Positions 48,339 through 57,285 of a DNA stretch of 64,000 nt are shown one piece after another. A program made the translations under genes and the position numbers. The notes beneath the pieces were generated by a model. That model did not search any database. It was not told the origin of the DNA and worked only from the letters and a program-made list of their open reading frames with translations. This stretch comes from an uncultured Pseudomonadales bacterium (GTDB lineage Bacteria > Patescibacteriota > Microgenomatia > UBA1400 > MFAQ01): positions 25,158 to 89,157 of the forward strand of contig CAYSAM010000002.1 of the NCBI GenBank assembly GCA_964429015.1, read 5' to 3'. How positions within the stretch are numbered: the stretch's first letter is position 1; each line of letters starts with the position of its first letter.

Positions 48339-48758
48339 TTAATTTTCATTATTCATCACTTTTAATAACGCTCTATAAGCCAAGGTTGCACACTTCATTC
48401 TACCTGCATTTATCTCTCCCCCCATCATTTCTACAATTCCCTCTTCTCCAATTTTTTCAACGTCCACAAAAGTCATTCCAATCACTTTCTCCGAAAGCAT
48501 ACTAGCTGCCGCTGTCGATATTGCACACCCCACCCCTCGCCACCTCACCTCCTTGATCACAACGTCGTCATTGCGAGCAGCGCGCGGCAATCCATCTCCT
48601 CTACCATCTACCATCGACGATCTTTTAAGCTTAATTTGCACTTGCACAACATCCCCACAACTAGAGTTAGACTCGTTTATAGTTAAGTCAGCGTCCTCCA
48701 TCTCCCCAAAATTTCTAGGGTTCTTGTAGTGATCAATTATTTCATCCTTGTAATCCAT
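48339..48758 (-). CDS. sufU: SufU/IscU-type Fe-S scaffold with repeat-derived insertion
   Basis: DHYKNPRNFG, SCGD, GCAIS.A.AS, RMKCA. Confidence 0.92.
   Translation of the reverse strand: MDYKDEIIDHYKNPRNFGEMEDADLTINESNSSCGDVVQVQIKLKRSSMVDGRGDGLPRAARNDDVVIKEVRWRGVGCAISTAAASMLSEKVIGMTFVDVEKIGEEGIVEMMGGEINAGRMKCATLAYRALLKVMNNEN
48566..48622. repeat. CGTC palindrome plus 7-mer repeats inside sufU
   Basis: CGTCATTGCGAGCAGCGCGCGGCAATC followed by ctaccat ctaccat cgacgat. Confidence 0.8.
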
Positions 48759-48802
48759 ATCTATGTAAACACCTTTGGTACTTCTTTTAATTTTTCTACC
48801 AA

Positions 48803-49999
48803 TTAATCAATATCTTCTTTGGTATTGTAAACATAAAATGTCGCTCTTACCATCGCCATTACCCCAAAACTAGTAACGAGTGGAGCTGCACAATGTTGAC
48901 CAGATCGCACACAAATTCCAAAACTATTTAGTACTTGCGCCACGTCATGAGAGTGAACTCCTTTAACATTAAAGGCAATCGCCCCACCTCTCTCCTCTGC
49001 ATTCCTCACACCATAAACCTCTACCAACCCTTCTTTTTCTATTACTTCAAATTTTTCCAGTGCATAACCCACTAACTCTTTTTCGTGTTCTCTCACATTG
49101 TCCATTCCTAATTTTTCAAGGTAATCCACTGCTGCCCCCAAACCTATTATCCCCGCAATATCTGGTGTTCCAGCTTCAAACTTATTTGGCAAGTCTGCCC
49201 AAGTTGTATTATCTAGTGTTACTTCACCAATCATGTCACCACCGTACAAAAATGGATCCATTTTATTAAGTAAGTCTTTCTTACCCCAAAGCACTCCAGT
49301 TCCTGTTGGACCCATCATTTTGTGTCCCGAAAAAGCCACAAAATCTACTGGCAGCTTAGTAACATCAAGTTTCATATGGGGCACCATTTGGGACGCATCC
49401 AAAACCACAACCACATCTGGGTTTTTTGCTCTTACTTTTTCTACCAACAACTTAATATCAGGTAGGGTTCCAATTGCATTACTCGCACCTGTCAAAGCAA
49501 ACAATTTCACTTTCCCGTCAGCAGTAAGTCTCTCCAAGCTATCCATATCAATTCTTCCGTCACTATCCACGTCAGCTACTCTAAAACTTCCAAACTTTTC
49601 TTTGCAAAGCACTTGCCAAGGCACAAAATTTGAGTGATGCTCTAGTCTGGTCACCAAAACAGCATCTCCCTCTTTTATATTTTTCTTTCCCCAAGAATAC
49701 ATTACCAGGTTAAGAGATTCACTAGCGTTTCTTGTAAAAATTACTTCTTCAGTACGTGCTCCTATAAATTTAGCCACCTTCTCCCGTGCTTCATCCACCA
49801 TTTTAGTGGACTCAACAGACAGGTCATACACTCCGCGGTGAATATTGGCATTATTGGTTCGGTAAAAGTCATCCATTGCTCGCAACACGCTTTCCGGTTT
49901 CTGGCTTGTAGCACCACTATCCAAAAACACCAAATCCTGTCCCCTAATTTTTCTCTTTAATATTGGAAAATCAGATCGAATCTTTTTTACATCAAACAT
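48803..49999 (-). CDS. sufS: cysteine desulfurase SufS (premature stop; natural end probably 48761)
   Basis: LDSGATSQKP, EHHSN, FSGHKM, RSGQHCA; TAA at 48803-48805 followed in frame by LVEKLKEVPKVFT*. Confidence 0.93.
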   Translation of the reverse strand: MFDVKKIRSDFPILKRKIRGQDLVFLDSGATSQKPESVLRAMDDFYRTNNANIHRGVYDLSVESTKMVDEAREKVAKFIGARTEEVIFTRNASESLNLVMYSWGKKNIKEGDAVLVTRLEHHSNFVPWQVLCKEKFGSFRVADVDSDGRIDMDSLERLTADGKVKLFALTGASNAIGTLPDIKLLVEKVRAKNPDVVVVLDASQMVPHMKLDVTKLPVDFVAFSGHKMMGPTGTGVLWGKKDLLNKMDPFLYGGDMIGEVTLDNTTWADLPNKFEAGTPDIAGIIGLGAAVDYLEKLGMDNVREHEKELVGYALEKFEVIEKEGLVEVYGVRNAEERGGAIAFNVKGVHSHDVAQVLNSFGICVRSGQHCAAPLVTSFGVMAMVRATFYVYNTKEDID

Positions 50000-50013
50000 A
50001 ATCTTATTCTAAC

Positions 50014-50553
50014 TTAGAAATTACTCCTTCCTACAAAAATTTCTTGATTTTTATCCATAATTCCCTCCTTAGAAATTTTATTACTTAGCAACAAAAACAT
50101 TCCCCCATCTTCTTGTTTCTTTATCTCATTTTTGTCCAAGTAGTAATATGGTTTACCTAAAACTTCAAAACCGGCCTTACCGTAAAGACCTCCTAGTCTT
50201 TCAATCTCAGTACACAACATTACCACGTCTACACCCAGGTTTTTCAAATAATCATTACACGCCATTAACACTCTCAACGCGTACCCTTTTCTTCTTTGGT
50301 TCAGCTCTGTCACAACACCTCCAATACCTCCCACCAAAACAGCTTTGTTAGAAATCAAAACCGTCTTAAACATAACCACTAAACCAGATAAAATTTTACC
50401 TTCATCTACTAGTGTAAACAACAATCTATGTAAATCAAAAAAATCTAAGTCTGAATCTCCATCGTGGCTATGTTCACCCCAGTTTTCATCAGCAAACTTT
50501 TCAAAAAGATCAATCTGTTCTTTGTCTGGGTTTGCAACCACTTTAATCTCCAT
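50014..50553 (-). CDS. GNAT family N-acetyltransferase
   Basis: VGGIGGVVT...RRKGYA, LYGKAGF. Confidence 0.85.
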   Translation of the reverse strand: MEIKVVANPDKEQIDLFEKFADENWGEHSHDGDSDLDFFDLHRLLFTLVDEGKILSGLVVMFKTVLISNKAVLVGGIGGVVTELNQRRKGYALRVLMACNDYLKNLGVDVVMLCTEIERLGGLYGKAGFEVLGKPYYYLDKNEIKKQEDGGMFLLLSNKISKEGIMDKNQEIFVGRSNF

Positions 50554-50556
50554 AGC

Positions 50557-51030
50557 CTATTCTACCCCCAAAAAACCTTTAATTATTAAGTTTTCCGCCT
50601 CATTTCTGTTAATACCTCTCGTTTCCAAGTAAAAAAGCTGCTCTTCATCTATTCTCCCCACACTAGCAGAATGACTCGCTTTTACCTCATTGTTTTCAAT
50701 CTCTAGTTCCGGCTCAGCTACCGCCATACTTTTATCATCAAGTAATAATAGTTTCATCGATAAAAAACTATCACTACCTTTAGCTCCCTCTGCAATTTTT
50801 ACCAAGCCCTTTATTTTTACCCTAGCTCCACCGCGCACCACACCTTTAACATCTACCCTGCATTTTGTTTTGCCCACTTTATGCGCCGAGAGCAAATTTA
50901 TTTCGTAATCTCCCTCCTCATTTGCTTCTACAAATCCTAAAAGTTCTTTCTCTTGTCCCTTTTTATCCACACTAACTTCAAAGTTATATATTCCTGGTTT
51001 ATTAATTCTAAAAGTTTCTTTATTATTCAT
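50557..51030 (-). CDS. sufD: short SufD-like protein
   Basis: PELEIENNEVKASHSASVGRIDEEQLFYL..RG...A..LIIKGFL; only 157 aa. Confidence 0.8.
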   Translation of the reverse strand: MNNKETFRINKPGIYNFEVSVDKKGQEKELLGFVEANEEGDYEINLLSAHKVGKTKCRVDVKGVVRGGARVKIKGLVKIAEGAKGSDSFLSMKLLLLDDKSMAVAEPELEIENNEVKASHSASVGRIDEEQLFYLETRGINRNEAENLIIKGFLGVE

Positions 51031-51037
51031 ATGTTTT

Positions 51038-51072
51038 TATCTGTAACCTACGATCTATCATTTACTATCTAA
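51038..51072. repeat. degenerate 7-mer tandem repeat
   Basis: tatctgt aacctac gatctat catttac tatctaa between sufB and sufD. Confidence 0.55.
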
Positions 51073-51075
51073 TTT

Positions 51076-52506
51076 CTATCCCACACTCCCTTCCATCTCC
51101 ATGTTTACTAATCTATTCATTTCAATAGCATACTCAAATGGCACCTCTTTCATTACCGGCTCCAAAAATCCATTCACAATCATTCCCTCAGCATCGTGCT
51201 CCGAAAGTCCCCGCGACATCAGGTAAAACAATTGCTCTTCAGACACCCTACTAACTACCGCTTCATGTTCTAGAACTGATCTATTTTCCATAATTTTATT
51301 AGTAGGGTAAGTGTCAGATCGCGAAAGCTCATCCAAAATAAGCGCATCACAAACTACTTTAGAACGCGAATTTATCGCTCCCTTAGCAATGTGTACCAGA
51401 CCTCTATAAGTAGACCTTCCGCCACCCTTACTAATCGACTTAGATAAAATCTGCGAAGTTGTTTCGGGTGCCAAGTGAATCATTTTGGCTCCCGTGTCTT
51501 GATGTTGCCCCGCTCCTGCCCAAGCAATAGAGAGAATTTCACCTTTAGCTTTTCTTCCTACCAAAAGACAGGCAGGATACTTCATGGTAAGTTTGCTTCC
51601 CAAGTTTCCATCTATCCAGCGCATACTTCCTTCTTCTTCTACACGAGCTCTTTTTGTCACCAAGTTATAAACATTTTTATACCAGTTCTGAACCGTGGTG
51701 TACTGCACACTAGCACCTTTCTTTACTATTATTTCTACCACCGCAGCATGAAGTGACCCCGAAGAATAAGCCGGAGCGCTACAACCTTCAATATAATGCA
51801 GTTTGCTTCCCTCATCCGCAATAATCAAAGTTCTTTCAAACTGACCAGCATTTTCACTATTAATTCTAAAATATGTTTGCAAAGGAAGACCTACGTCAAC
51901 ACCCTTAGGAACATAAATAAAAGATCCACCAGACCAAGCTGCACTATTAAGCGCCGCCAGTTTATTGTCCCCAATAGGTATTACACTTCCAAAGTATTTT
52001 TTTACTAACTCTGGATACTGTTTTAAACCCTCATCCATTCCCAAAAACACCACTCCTTTTTTGGCCAAGTTGGCTTTTAGAGATCCGTAAATTACTTCAG
52101 AATCATACTGGCTTTTTACTCCTGCGAGAGCTTCTCTCTCAGCCTGGGGAACTCCAATTTTTTCAAAAGTCGCTTTTACCTCTGCGGGTACATCATCCCA
52201 AGTTTTTCCAGCGTGATCTAGTGGCTTTAAGTAATAAAAAATATTCTGAAAATCAATCGCCGACATATCTCCGCCCCAAGTAGGCATCGGTTTTTCAAAA
52301 AAGATTTTCAAAGCTTTAAGACGAAGTTCCAACATCCATTCTGGTTCATTTTTCATTGCACTTATCTCTCTAATTCTGGCCTCATCCACACCCTTAGTAG
52401 AGCGATATGCATACTTAAAATCATCAGTGTGACCAAGAGAATAAGAGTCACCAATCCCTCCAATGTTATTTACTTCCTCTATTTTCTTTTTAGCAAATCT
52501 ACTCAT
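51076..52506 (-). CDS. sufB: Fe-S cluster assembly protein SufB
   Basis: [37 protein letters not shown]-terminus. Confidence 0.97.
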   Translation of the reverse strand: MSRFAKKKIEEVNNIGGIGDSYSLGHTDDFKYAYRSTKGVDEARIREISAMKNEPEWMLELRLKALKIFFEKPMPTWGGDMSAIDFQNIFYYLKPLDHAGKTWDDVPAEVKATFEKIGVPQAEREALAGVKSQYDSEVIYGSLKANLAKKGVVFLGMDEGLKQYPELVKKYFGSVIPIGDNKLAALNSAAWSGGSFIYVPKGVDVGLPLQTYFRINSENAGQFERTLIIADEGSKLHYIEGCSAPAYSSGSLHAAVVEIIVKKGASVQYTTVQNWYKNVYNLVTKRARVEEEGSMRWIDGNLGSKLTMKYPACLLVGRKAKGEILSIAWAGAGQHQDTGAKMIHLAPETTSQILSKSISKGGGRSTYRGLVHIAKGAINSRSKVVCDALILDELSRSDTYPTNKIMENRSVLEHEAVVSRVSEEQLFYLMSRGLSEHDAEGMIVNGFLEPVMKEVPFEYAIEMNRLVNMEMEGSVG

Positions 52507-53320
52507 ATTTTTTATATCCAGTTTTACCCAAACTTTCTATTAACTCGGCTCCACCCTCATCAACCACCAAGCCCTTCTTTAAAACAACTACCTTATCCAC
52601 ATTCACCAAATTCAACATTTTTTGGTAATGAGTAATAAGTATCACAGTCATCCCTGTTTCTTTGGACTGCTTATTTATTTCTTCAGCTACAAGGTTCAAG
52701 GCATCAAGGTCCAAGCCACTGTCTGTTTCGTCTAGTATTGCAAGTTTTGGTCGCAAAACTCTCATCTGCAAAATCTCTATCTTCTTTTTCTCACCACCGC
52801 TAAAACCTTCGTTTATTCCACGGGTTAACAGATCATCACTTACTCTTAGTTCTTTTGCGATTTCTTCTACTTGGCGTTTTACATCAATGGCTTTTACCAC
52901 ACCACCCTTTGCTCTCAAGGAAGCTATCAAAACCTCTTTTACTGTTACTCCAGGTACAGAAACAGGATACTGAAAAGCCATAAAAATTCCCTCTTTAGCT
53001 CGTTCATCTGGGGTCATCTCGTTTATTTTCTTACCCATCCACAAAATCTCTCCTTCTGTTATTTCGTAAGCCGGGTTTCCCATCAAAGTGTTAGACAAAG
53101 AAGATTTGCCAGAACCATTTGGTCCCATCAAAGCCACTACTTTTCCAGTTTCTATTTCTATATTCACACCCCTAAGAACTTCTTTTCCTTCTACCCTTAC
53201 CTTCAAATTCTTAATCAAAAGTAATTCCTTATCTTGGGTTCTTGATTCCTTGATTCCTTGAGTTCTATTCGTCATTTTGAATTTTTGATTTTTTATATTT
53301 TGAATTTTTTCTGTCGTCAT
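52499..53320 (-). CDS. sufC: Fe-S cluster assembly ATPase SufC
   Basis: [37 protein letters not shown]; N-terminal about 30 aa repeat-derived, true start uncertain. Confidence 0.95.
   Translation of the reverse strand: MTTEKIQNIKNQKFKMTNRTQGIKESRTQDKELLLIKNLKVRVEGKEVLRGVNIEIETGKVVALMGPNGSGKSSLSNTLMGNPAYEITEGEILWMGKKINEMTPDERAKEGIFMAFQYPVSVPGVTVKEVLIASLRAKGGVVKAIDVKRQVEEIAKELRVSDDLLTRGINEGFSGGEKKKIEILQMRVLRPKLAILDETDSGLDLDALNLVAEEINKQSKETGMTVILITHYQKMLNLVNVDKVVVLKKGLVVDEGGAELIESLGKTGYKKYE
53225..53310. repeat. 8-mer/7-mer repeat tract at the sufC 5' end
   Basis: ttcttgat tccttgat tccttgag ... ttttgaa tttttga tttttta ttttgaa. Confidence 0.7.
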
Positions 53321-53350
53321 TGCGAGAAGTGTACTCGCGACGCGGCAATC
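53315..53350. repeat. CGTC-tagged palindromic repeat
   Basis: CGTCATTGCGAGAAGTGTACTCGCGACGCGGCAATC. Confidence 0.8.
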
Positions 53351-53360
53351 TATACAAATC

Positions 53361-53747
53361 TTATTTAATAAGGTCCTCCAAAGTATATTTCTCCAACAAT
53401 TTATTAATATCTCCAGTAAGTCTACTCATAAAATCCTGTTGCCCGCACTCTCCCTCTACTGGGCAACCACCACAACAAACAGGTTCCACTTCACCCTCAA
53501 TAGCCTCCAAAGCCTCTTTTACCTGAATCTCTTTTGGCTCGTAGTTTAGAGCAAATCCGCCACCCTTACCTTCTTTAGAGTTCAAAATTCCAGCCTCAAC
53601 CAGGTCAATTGCAATCTTAGCCATAAAAGCTCTTGGCATCCCAAGCTCAGACAGGTCCTTTAGCGACACACGACCACCTCGGCCCTTTTCAGCCAATATC
53701 GAAAGCAAAGCTAGTCCGTAATCTGCCCTTTTGGTAAGTGTAAACAT
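53361..53747 (-). CDS. Rrf2 family transcriptional regulator (IscR/SufR-like)
   Basis: LTKRADYGL, S.EG.GGGF.L, IEG, CCGGCPVEGEC; first gene of the suf operon. Confidence 0.92.
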   Translation of the reverse strand: MFTLTKRADYGLALLSILAEKGRGGRVSLKDLSELGMPRAFMAKIAIDLVEAGILNSKEGKGGGFALNYEPKEIQVKEALEAIEGEVEPVCCGGCPVEGECGQQDFMSRLTGDINKLLEKYTLEDLIK

Positions 53748-53748
53748 A

Positions 53749-53773
53749 TACTTGGACTATTATACTCCAAGTA
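53749..53773. promoter_or_regulatory. inverted-repeat operator overlapping the -10 of the rrf2-suf operon
   Basis: TACTTGGA-N9-TCCAAGTA with minus-strand TATAAT in the spacer; resembles IscR-type sites. Confidence 0.75.
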
Positions 53774-53790
53774 CATAAAAATGAAAATAT

Positions 53791-54420
53791 CTAAAACAGC
53801 CCCATCTGCATCTCCGCAGGCTTCTCCTCAACCACTTCTGTAGGGTAACCAAAATCAACTACTATCTCTCGGAACTCATTCCACCTATCCTTAAACTTCA
53901 GTATTCCATTTTTTCTACCGTAGTCATACACCTTCGTTGTCACCTCCACATCCACCTCGCAATATTTTTTAAGATTAGCTAAACTCTCAGAGTCGCCAAG
54001 ATTCCACCACTTTACAGCGTCCAATCCTCCTGCAATTTTTCCTGCACCAATCGTTTCTTTAGCTACACTGTCTAGTTTTACTCTGTGTCCAAAAGATTTT
54101 CTAATCTCCTCCAAAATATCGAAGTGTTTCAATTTAGTAAAGTCACCTTTTGTATACACCCCATTCATCGCTGGATTATCAAACCCAAAAGAGTTATACC
54201 CAATTATTCTGTCCGCCTCCTCAAACCAACTCCACATACTATCAAAGTCACCTTCCCAAAAACTTTTCATTTCACCAGATAATTCATTACCATTTTCATC
54301 TACTTCTCGTCTATAAGCTGACACTATCGATATTCCCAAATCTGCCGGATTGTTTGTACTTATCTCATCAAAAATTTTCTTAGTTTCTATGTCGTAAATC
54401 ACTTCAACTCTTTTTTTCAT
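53791..54420 (-). CDS. RNase H-like (DEDD/YprB-type) exonuclease domain protein
   Basis: YDIETK, IGYNSFGFD, HFDIL, YCEVDV. Confidence 0.85.
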   Translation of the reverse strand: MKKRVEVIYDIETKKIFDEISTNNPADLGISIVSAYRREVDENGNELSGEMKSFWEGDFDSMWSWFEEADRIIGYNSFGFDNPAMNGVYTKGDFTKLKHFDILEEIRKSFGHRVKLDSVAKETIGAGKIAGGLDAVKWWNLGDSESLANLKKYCEVDVEVTTKVYDYGRKNGILKFKDRWNEFREIVVDFGYPTEVVEEKPAEMQMGLF

Positions 54421-54456
54421 AGTTCCCCCATTAAACCACTACCTTCCAAAAATGTA

Positions 54457-54496
54457 AAACTATACTCCACGATCCACGATCTACAAACTACGATCT
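54457..54496. repeat. 7-mer tandem repeat (GATCTAC-type)
   Basis: actccac gatccac gatctac aaactac gatct. Confidence 0.65.
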
Positions 54497-54497
54497 T

Positions 54498-55007
54498 TTA
54501 TCTCCCGTTCTCCCAAATTCTCATTCTTTTCTTAACCCAAACCCCAAAACCCATTACAGCTATTCCCGCCAACACTCCATAAAGAATATTTTCCCAAACA
54601 CCAGTTTCTGGTAAGGTTGTAACCGCCGATGCCGTCGCTGTTGGGGTTGGGGTTGGCGTGGCTGCAGATGCATTAAATCGTATTGTAAAGGTCAAAATCT
54701 GACTTCCCGAATTAACAGTTATCAAATTATCACCAGTATTCAAAGAACTAGGAGTAAAATTCCAAACCCCACTTGTTGTCGCTGCAATCACCGCACTAGA
54801 TGTTGCGTTTACTTTTACACTTACCATTGCAGCGGGAGTAGCTGTTCCTTCAAGCTGTGGCACTGATCCGGTATAACTGACCAAAGTGTAATCTGCCCCT
54901 ATTGTTGACAAAGTTCCAATCTTTGTCAAAGTAAGGTCATAAGCAAAAACGGGAAAAGCAAACAAAAATGCTCCCAGTATTGTCCATAAAATATTTTTTT
55001 TCCACAT
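54498..55007 (-). CDS. secreted Ig-like protein with LPxTG-type C-terminal signal
   Basis: Signal peptide, beta-rich domain, TP linker, LPETG + TM + KKRMR. Confidence 0.75.
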   Translation of the reverse strand: MWKKNILWTILGAFLFAFPVFAYDLTLTKIGTLSTIGADYTLVSYTGSVPQLEGTATPAAMVSVKVNATSSAVIAATTSGVWNFTPSSLNTGDNLITVNSGSQILTFTIRFNASAATPTPTPTATASAVTTLPETGVWENILYGVLAGIAVMGFGVWVKKRMRIWENGR

Positions 55008-55060
55008 TTTGATTTTTTGATTTTTTCTTGATTTCTCGAGTTCTTGATTTTTCGAGTTCT
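55004..55060. repeat. degenerate 8-mer tandem repeat
   Basis: ttcttgat ttctcgag ttcttgat ttttcgag ttct preceded by ttttga units. Confidence 0.65.
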
Positions 55061-55068
55061 ATATATAT

Positions 55069-56406
55069 TTATAACTCAATTTCTGTTTCTAAGTTAGGAA
55101 GAATTACTTCTACTCCATCAAATTCATTTAGTATTTTCTCCTTCAGTACCAATCTGGGTATTTCCTCACCATGTGTCAAGGCAACTTTCTTTACACCTTT
55201 TATTTTTGAAAACCAGTTTATAAGCTGGCTCTGATCAGCATGTGAACTCATTGTTTTAATTTCTTTAATTTGTGCCCTAACCTCTATATGGTTCCCCCAA
55301 ATAACTACATTTTCTTTTCCGTCTTTTATTTCCCTTCCCAGCGTTCCCTCAGCCTGAAATCCCACAAAAACAATTGTATTTTTCGGATCATCTAAATAGT
55401 TAATAGCGTGATGAATTATTCTTCCCCCAGTCATCATTCCACTTCCAGCTACAATAACTTTTGTTCCTGGATAGTTCTTTATTTGCTTACTTTTTTCCAC
55501 ACTGTCGCACACCACTAAACCAGGAAAATCAAAGGGATCGTCACTCCTAACGACATCTTTCAATTTTTTACTAAAAAGTCCAGGATAATCCTTAAAAATC
55601 TCGGTCGCTTTTATTGCCATTGGCGAGTCCAAAAAAACTGGAGTGTCATTACTTACTTTTCCTTGTTTTTTGAGTTGATCAAAAACAAATAAAACCTCTT
55701 GCGATCTTTGCAAAGAAAAAGTCGGAATCATTACTGTTCCACCCACTCTTTCTGCTTCGACAACAATTTCCGCAAAATCTTCGATCTCTTCTCTTTTTCC
55801 GTGAACTTCATCACCGTAAGTAGACTCCAAAACAGCAAAATCGGCACCATCAACAAACTCTGTTGGCTTTATCAAAGGCTCTGGGGTATTCCCTAAGTCA
55901 CCACTAAATACCAGTTTCTTTTTTGTCGCAATTTCTTCCACTAAAATACTCGTCGACCCCAAAATGTGTCCCGCATCAAACATTGTTAACTTAAAATCAC
56001 CAACAGCAAAAGGTACGTGATAGTCTACTAAAACTACTTTTTTCAAAAATTTTACAACCGCATCTTCGTTATACATTGTTTCCGTTGCGTCTTCTTTTGC
56101 AATTTTTGCACTATCCATCAAAACAATCTCCGCCAAAGCCTTTGTTGGCTCATTCATAAAAACAGGTCCGTCAAAACCAAACTCAAGCAACATTGGCAAA
56201 CGGCCACAGTGATCTAGATGTGCGTGTGTCAAAACAATCGCATTTAGCTTTTCAAAATCAATTGCGGGCTTGGCAAAGTTTAACTTGTCATCATCCTTTA
56301 TTCCCTGAAACATGCCGCAGTCCACCATTAAACCTGTGTTTTTACCTTGCAAAAAATAACATGATCCGGTCACCATACCAGCAGCACCCAAAAACTTTAA
56401 CTTCAT
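55069..56406 (-). CDS. MBL-fold beta-CASP ribonuclease
   Basis: FLGAA..VTGS, THAHLDHCG, AGHILGS, FSGDLG, ESTYG, SSHAD, HGE. Confidence 0.94.
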   Translation of the reverse strand: MKLKFLGAAGMVTGSCYFLQGKNTGLMVDCGMFQGIKDDDKLNFAKPAIDFEKLNAIVLTHAHLDHCGRLPMLLEFGFDGPVFMNEPTKALAEIVLMDSAKIAKEDATETMYNEDAVVKFLKKVVLVDYHVPFAVGDFKLTMFDAGHILGSTSILVEEIATKKKLVFSGDLGNTPEPLIKPTEFVDGADFAVLESTYGDEVHGKREEIEDFAEIVVEAERVGGTVMIPTFSLQRSQEVLFVFDQLKKQGKVSNDTPVFLDSPMAIKATEIFKDYPGLFSKKLKDVVRSDDPFDFPGLVVCDSVEKSKQIKNYPGTKVIVAGSGMMTGGRIIHHAINYLDDPKNTIVFVGFQAEGTLGREIKDGKENVVIWGNHIEVRAQIKEIKTMSSHADQSQLINWFSKIKGVKKVALTHGEEIPRLVLKEKILNEFDGVEVILPNLETEIEL

Positions 56407-56431
56407 ATATATTCAGTCTACCAGAACCAGT

Positions 56432-56501
56432 CGTCGTTGCGAGGAACAACCCGCCCGCAACACTGAAGAGTACTTCTGCGAGCAGGAGTGACGTGGCAAT
56501 C
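56432..56501. repeat. long CGTC-tagged palindromic repeat variant
   Basis: CGTCGTTGCGAGG...GACGTGGCAATC with expanded interior. Confidence 0.7.
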
Positions 56502-56522
56502 TATATAGATTAGAATGTATTT

Positions 56523-57278
56523 ATGACCTGCCCACAATGTCACGATAGTCTAAATAAACTAGAAGTAAGCACCACCGATGGTCAAGTGAGAAAAATAGAC
56601 GAGTGCTTAAACTGTGGTGGACATTTTTTAGACAATTATCTTGTCAACTTTATTTCAGTCGAAACAGCCCGGAACATCGACTCTGTTCTTCCCAAAAAAC
56701 ACCTCCCCACAGTATCCGAACCAAAATGTTTCCATTGTGGTCAAGTTATGTTTGCAATCTCCGATGACTCCACTCCCAAAACCGTCACTGTCTACAACTG
56801 TCCCAACAACCACGGTGATTTTTTTCCCAAAGGTCAACTCCTCCTTTTCAAAAAAGCTCAAGACGCCAAAATAAACTATCACAAACTCTGGGGAATCCCT
56901 CTCAAAACTGCCTTCTCAGTAATCATTCCCCTTTTTATTATCTTCACCTCAGTTACGGTCCTACCCTCAGTTGTTAAAGAACTCAATCAGAGTACCGAAA
57001 ATCGCGTCAAAGCTTCTGAAATACTTACCGAACCTCTCATTACTCCCATCTCAGACAATCAAGTCCTCATTTCTTTCTCCACCAAAAACAAAGTACCCAC
57101 CAACCTTATTTTTACTTCAGGTATAAACAAAACTTTTACTGTTTCAGAGCAACCAAAAACAAGCCACTTAGTTAGTATCGAAAACCTTCCTCCTGCCACC
57201 ACTTTTAAATACACAATCGTTATAGATCCACAAGGTAAAAATCTCAAAACCTCAGAATACTCCTTCTCTACCCCCTAA
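56523..57278 (+). CDS. zf-TFIIB-like zinc-ribbon membrane protein
   Basis: CPQC...DECLNCGG, CFHC...CPNNHG, one TM, C-terminal beta-sandwich-like domain. Confidence 0.75.
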   Translation: MTCPQCHDSLNKLEVSTTDGQVRKIDECLNCGGHFLDNYLVNFISVETARNIDSVLPKKHLPTVSEPKCFHCGQVMFAISDDSTPKTVTVYNCPNNHGDFFPKGQLLLFKKAQDAKINYHKLWGIPLKTAFSVIIPLFIIFTSVTVLPSVVKELNQSTENRVKASEILTEPLITPISDNQVLISFSTKNKVPTNLIFTSGINKTFTVSEQPKTSHLVSIENLPPATTFKYTIVIDPQGKNLKTSEYSFSTP

Positions 57279-57285
57279 ACTCAAC

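Noticed and set aside
48803-48805. Stop-codon reassignment (alternative genetic code)
   Set aside because: TAA, TAG and TGA all end conserved genes at expected positions; the sufS case is isolated
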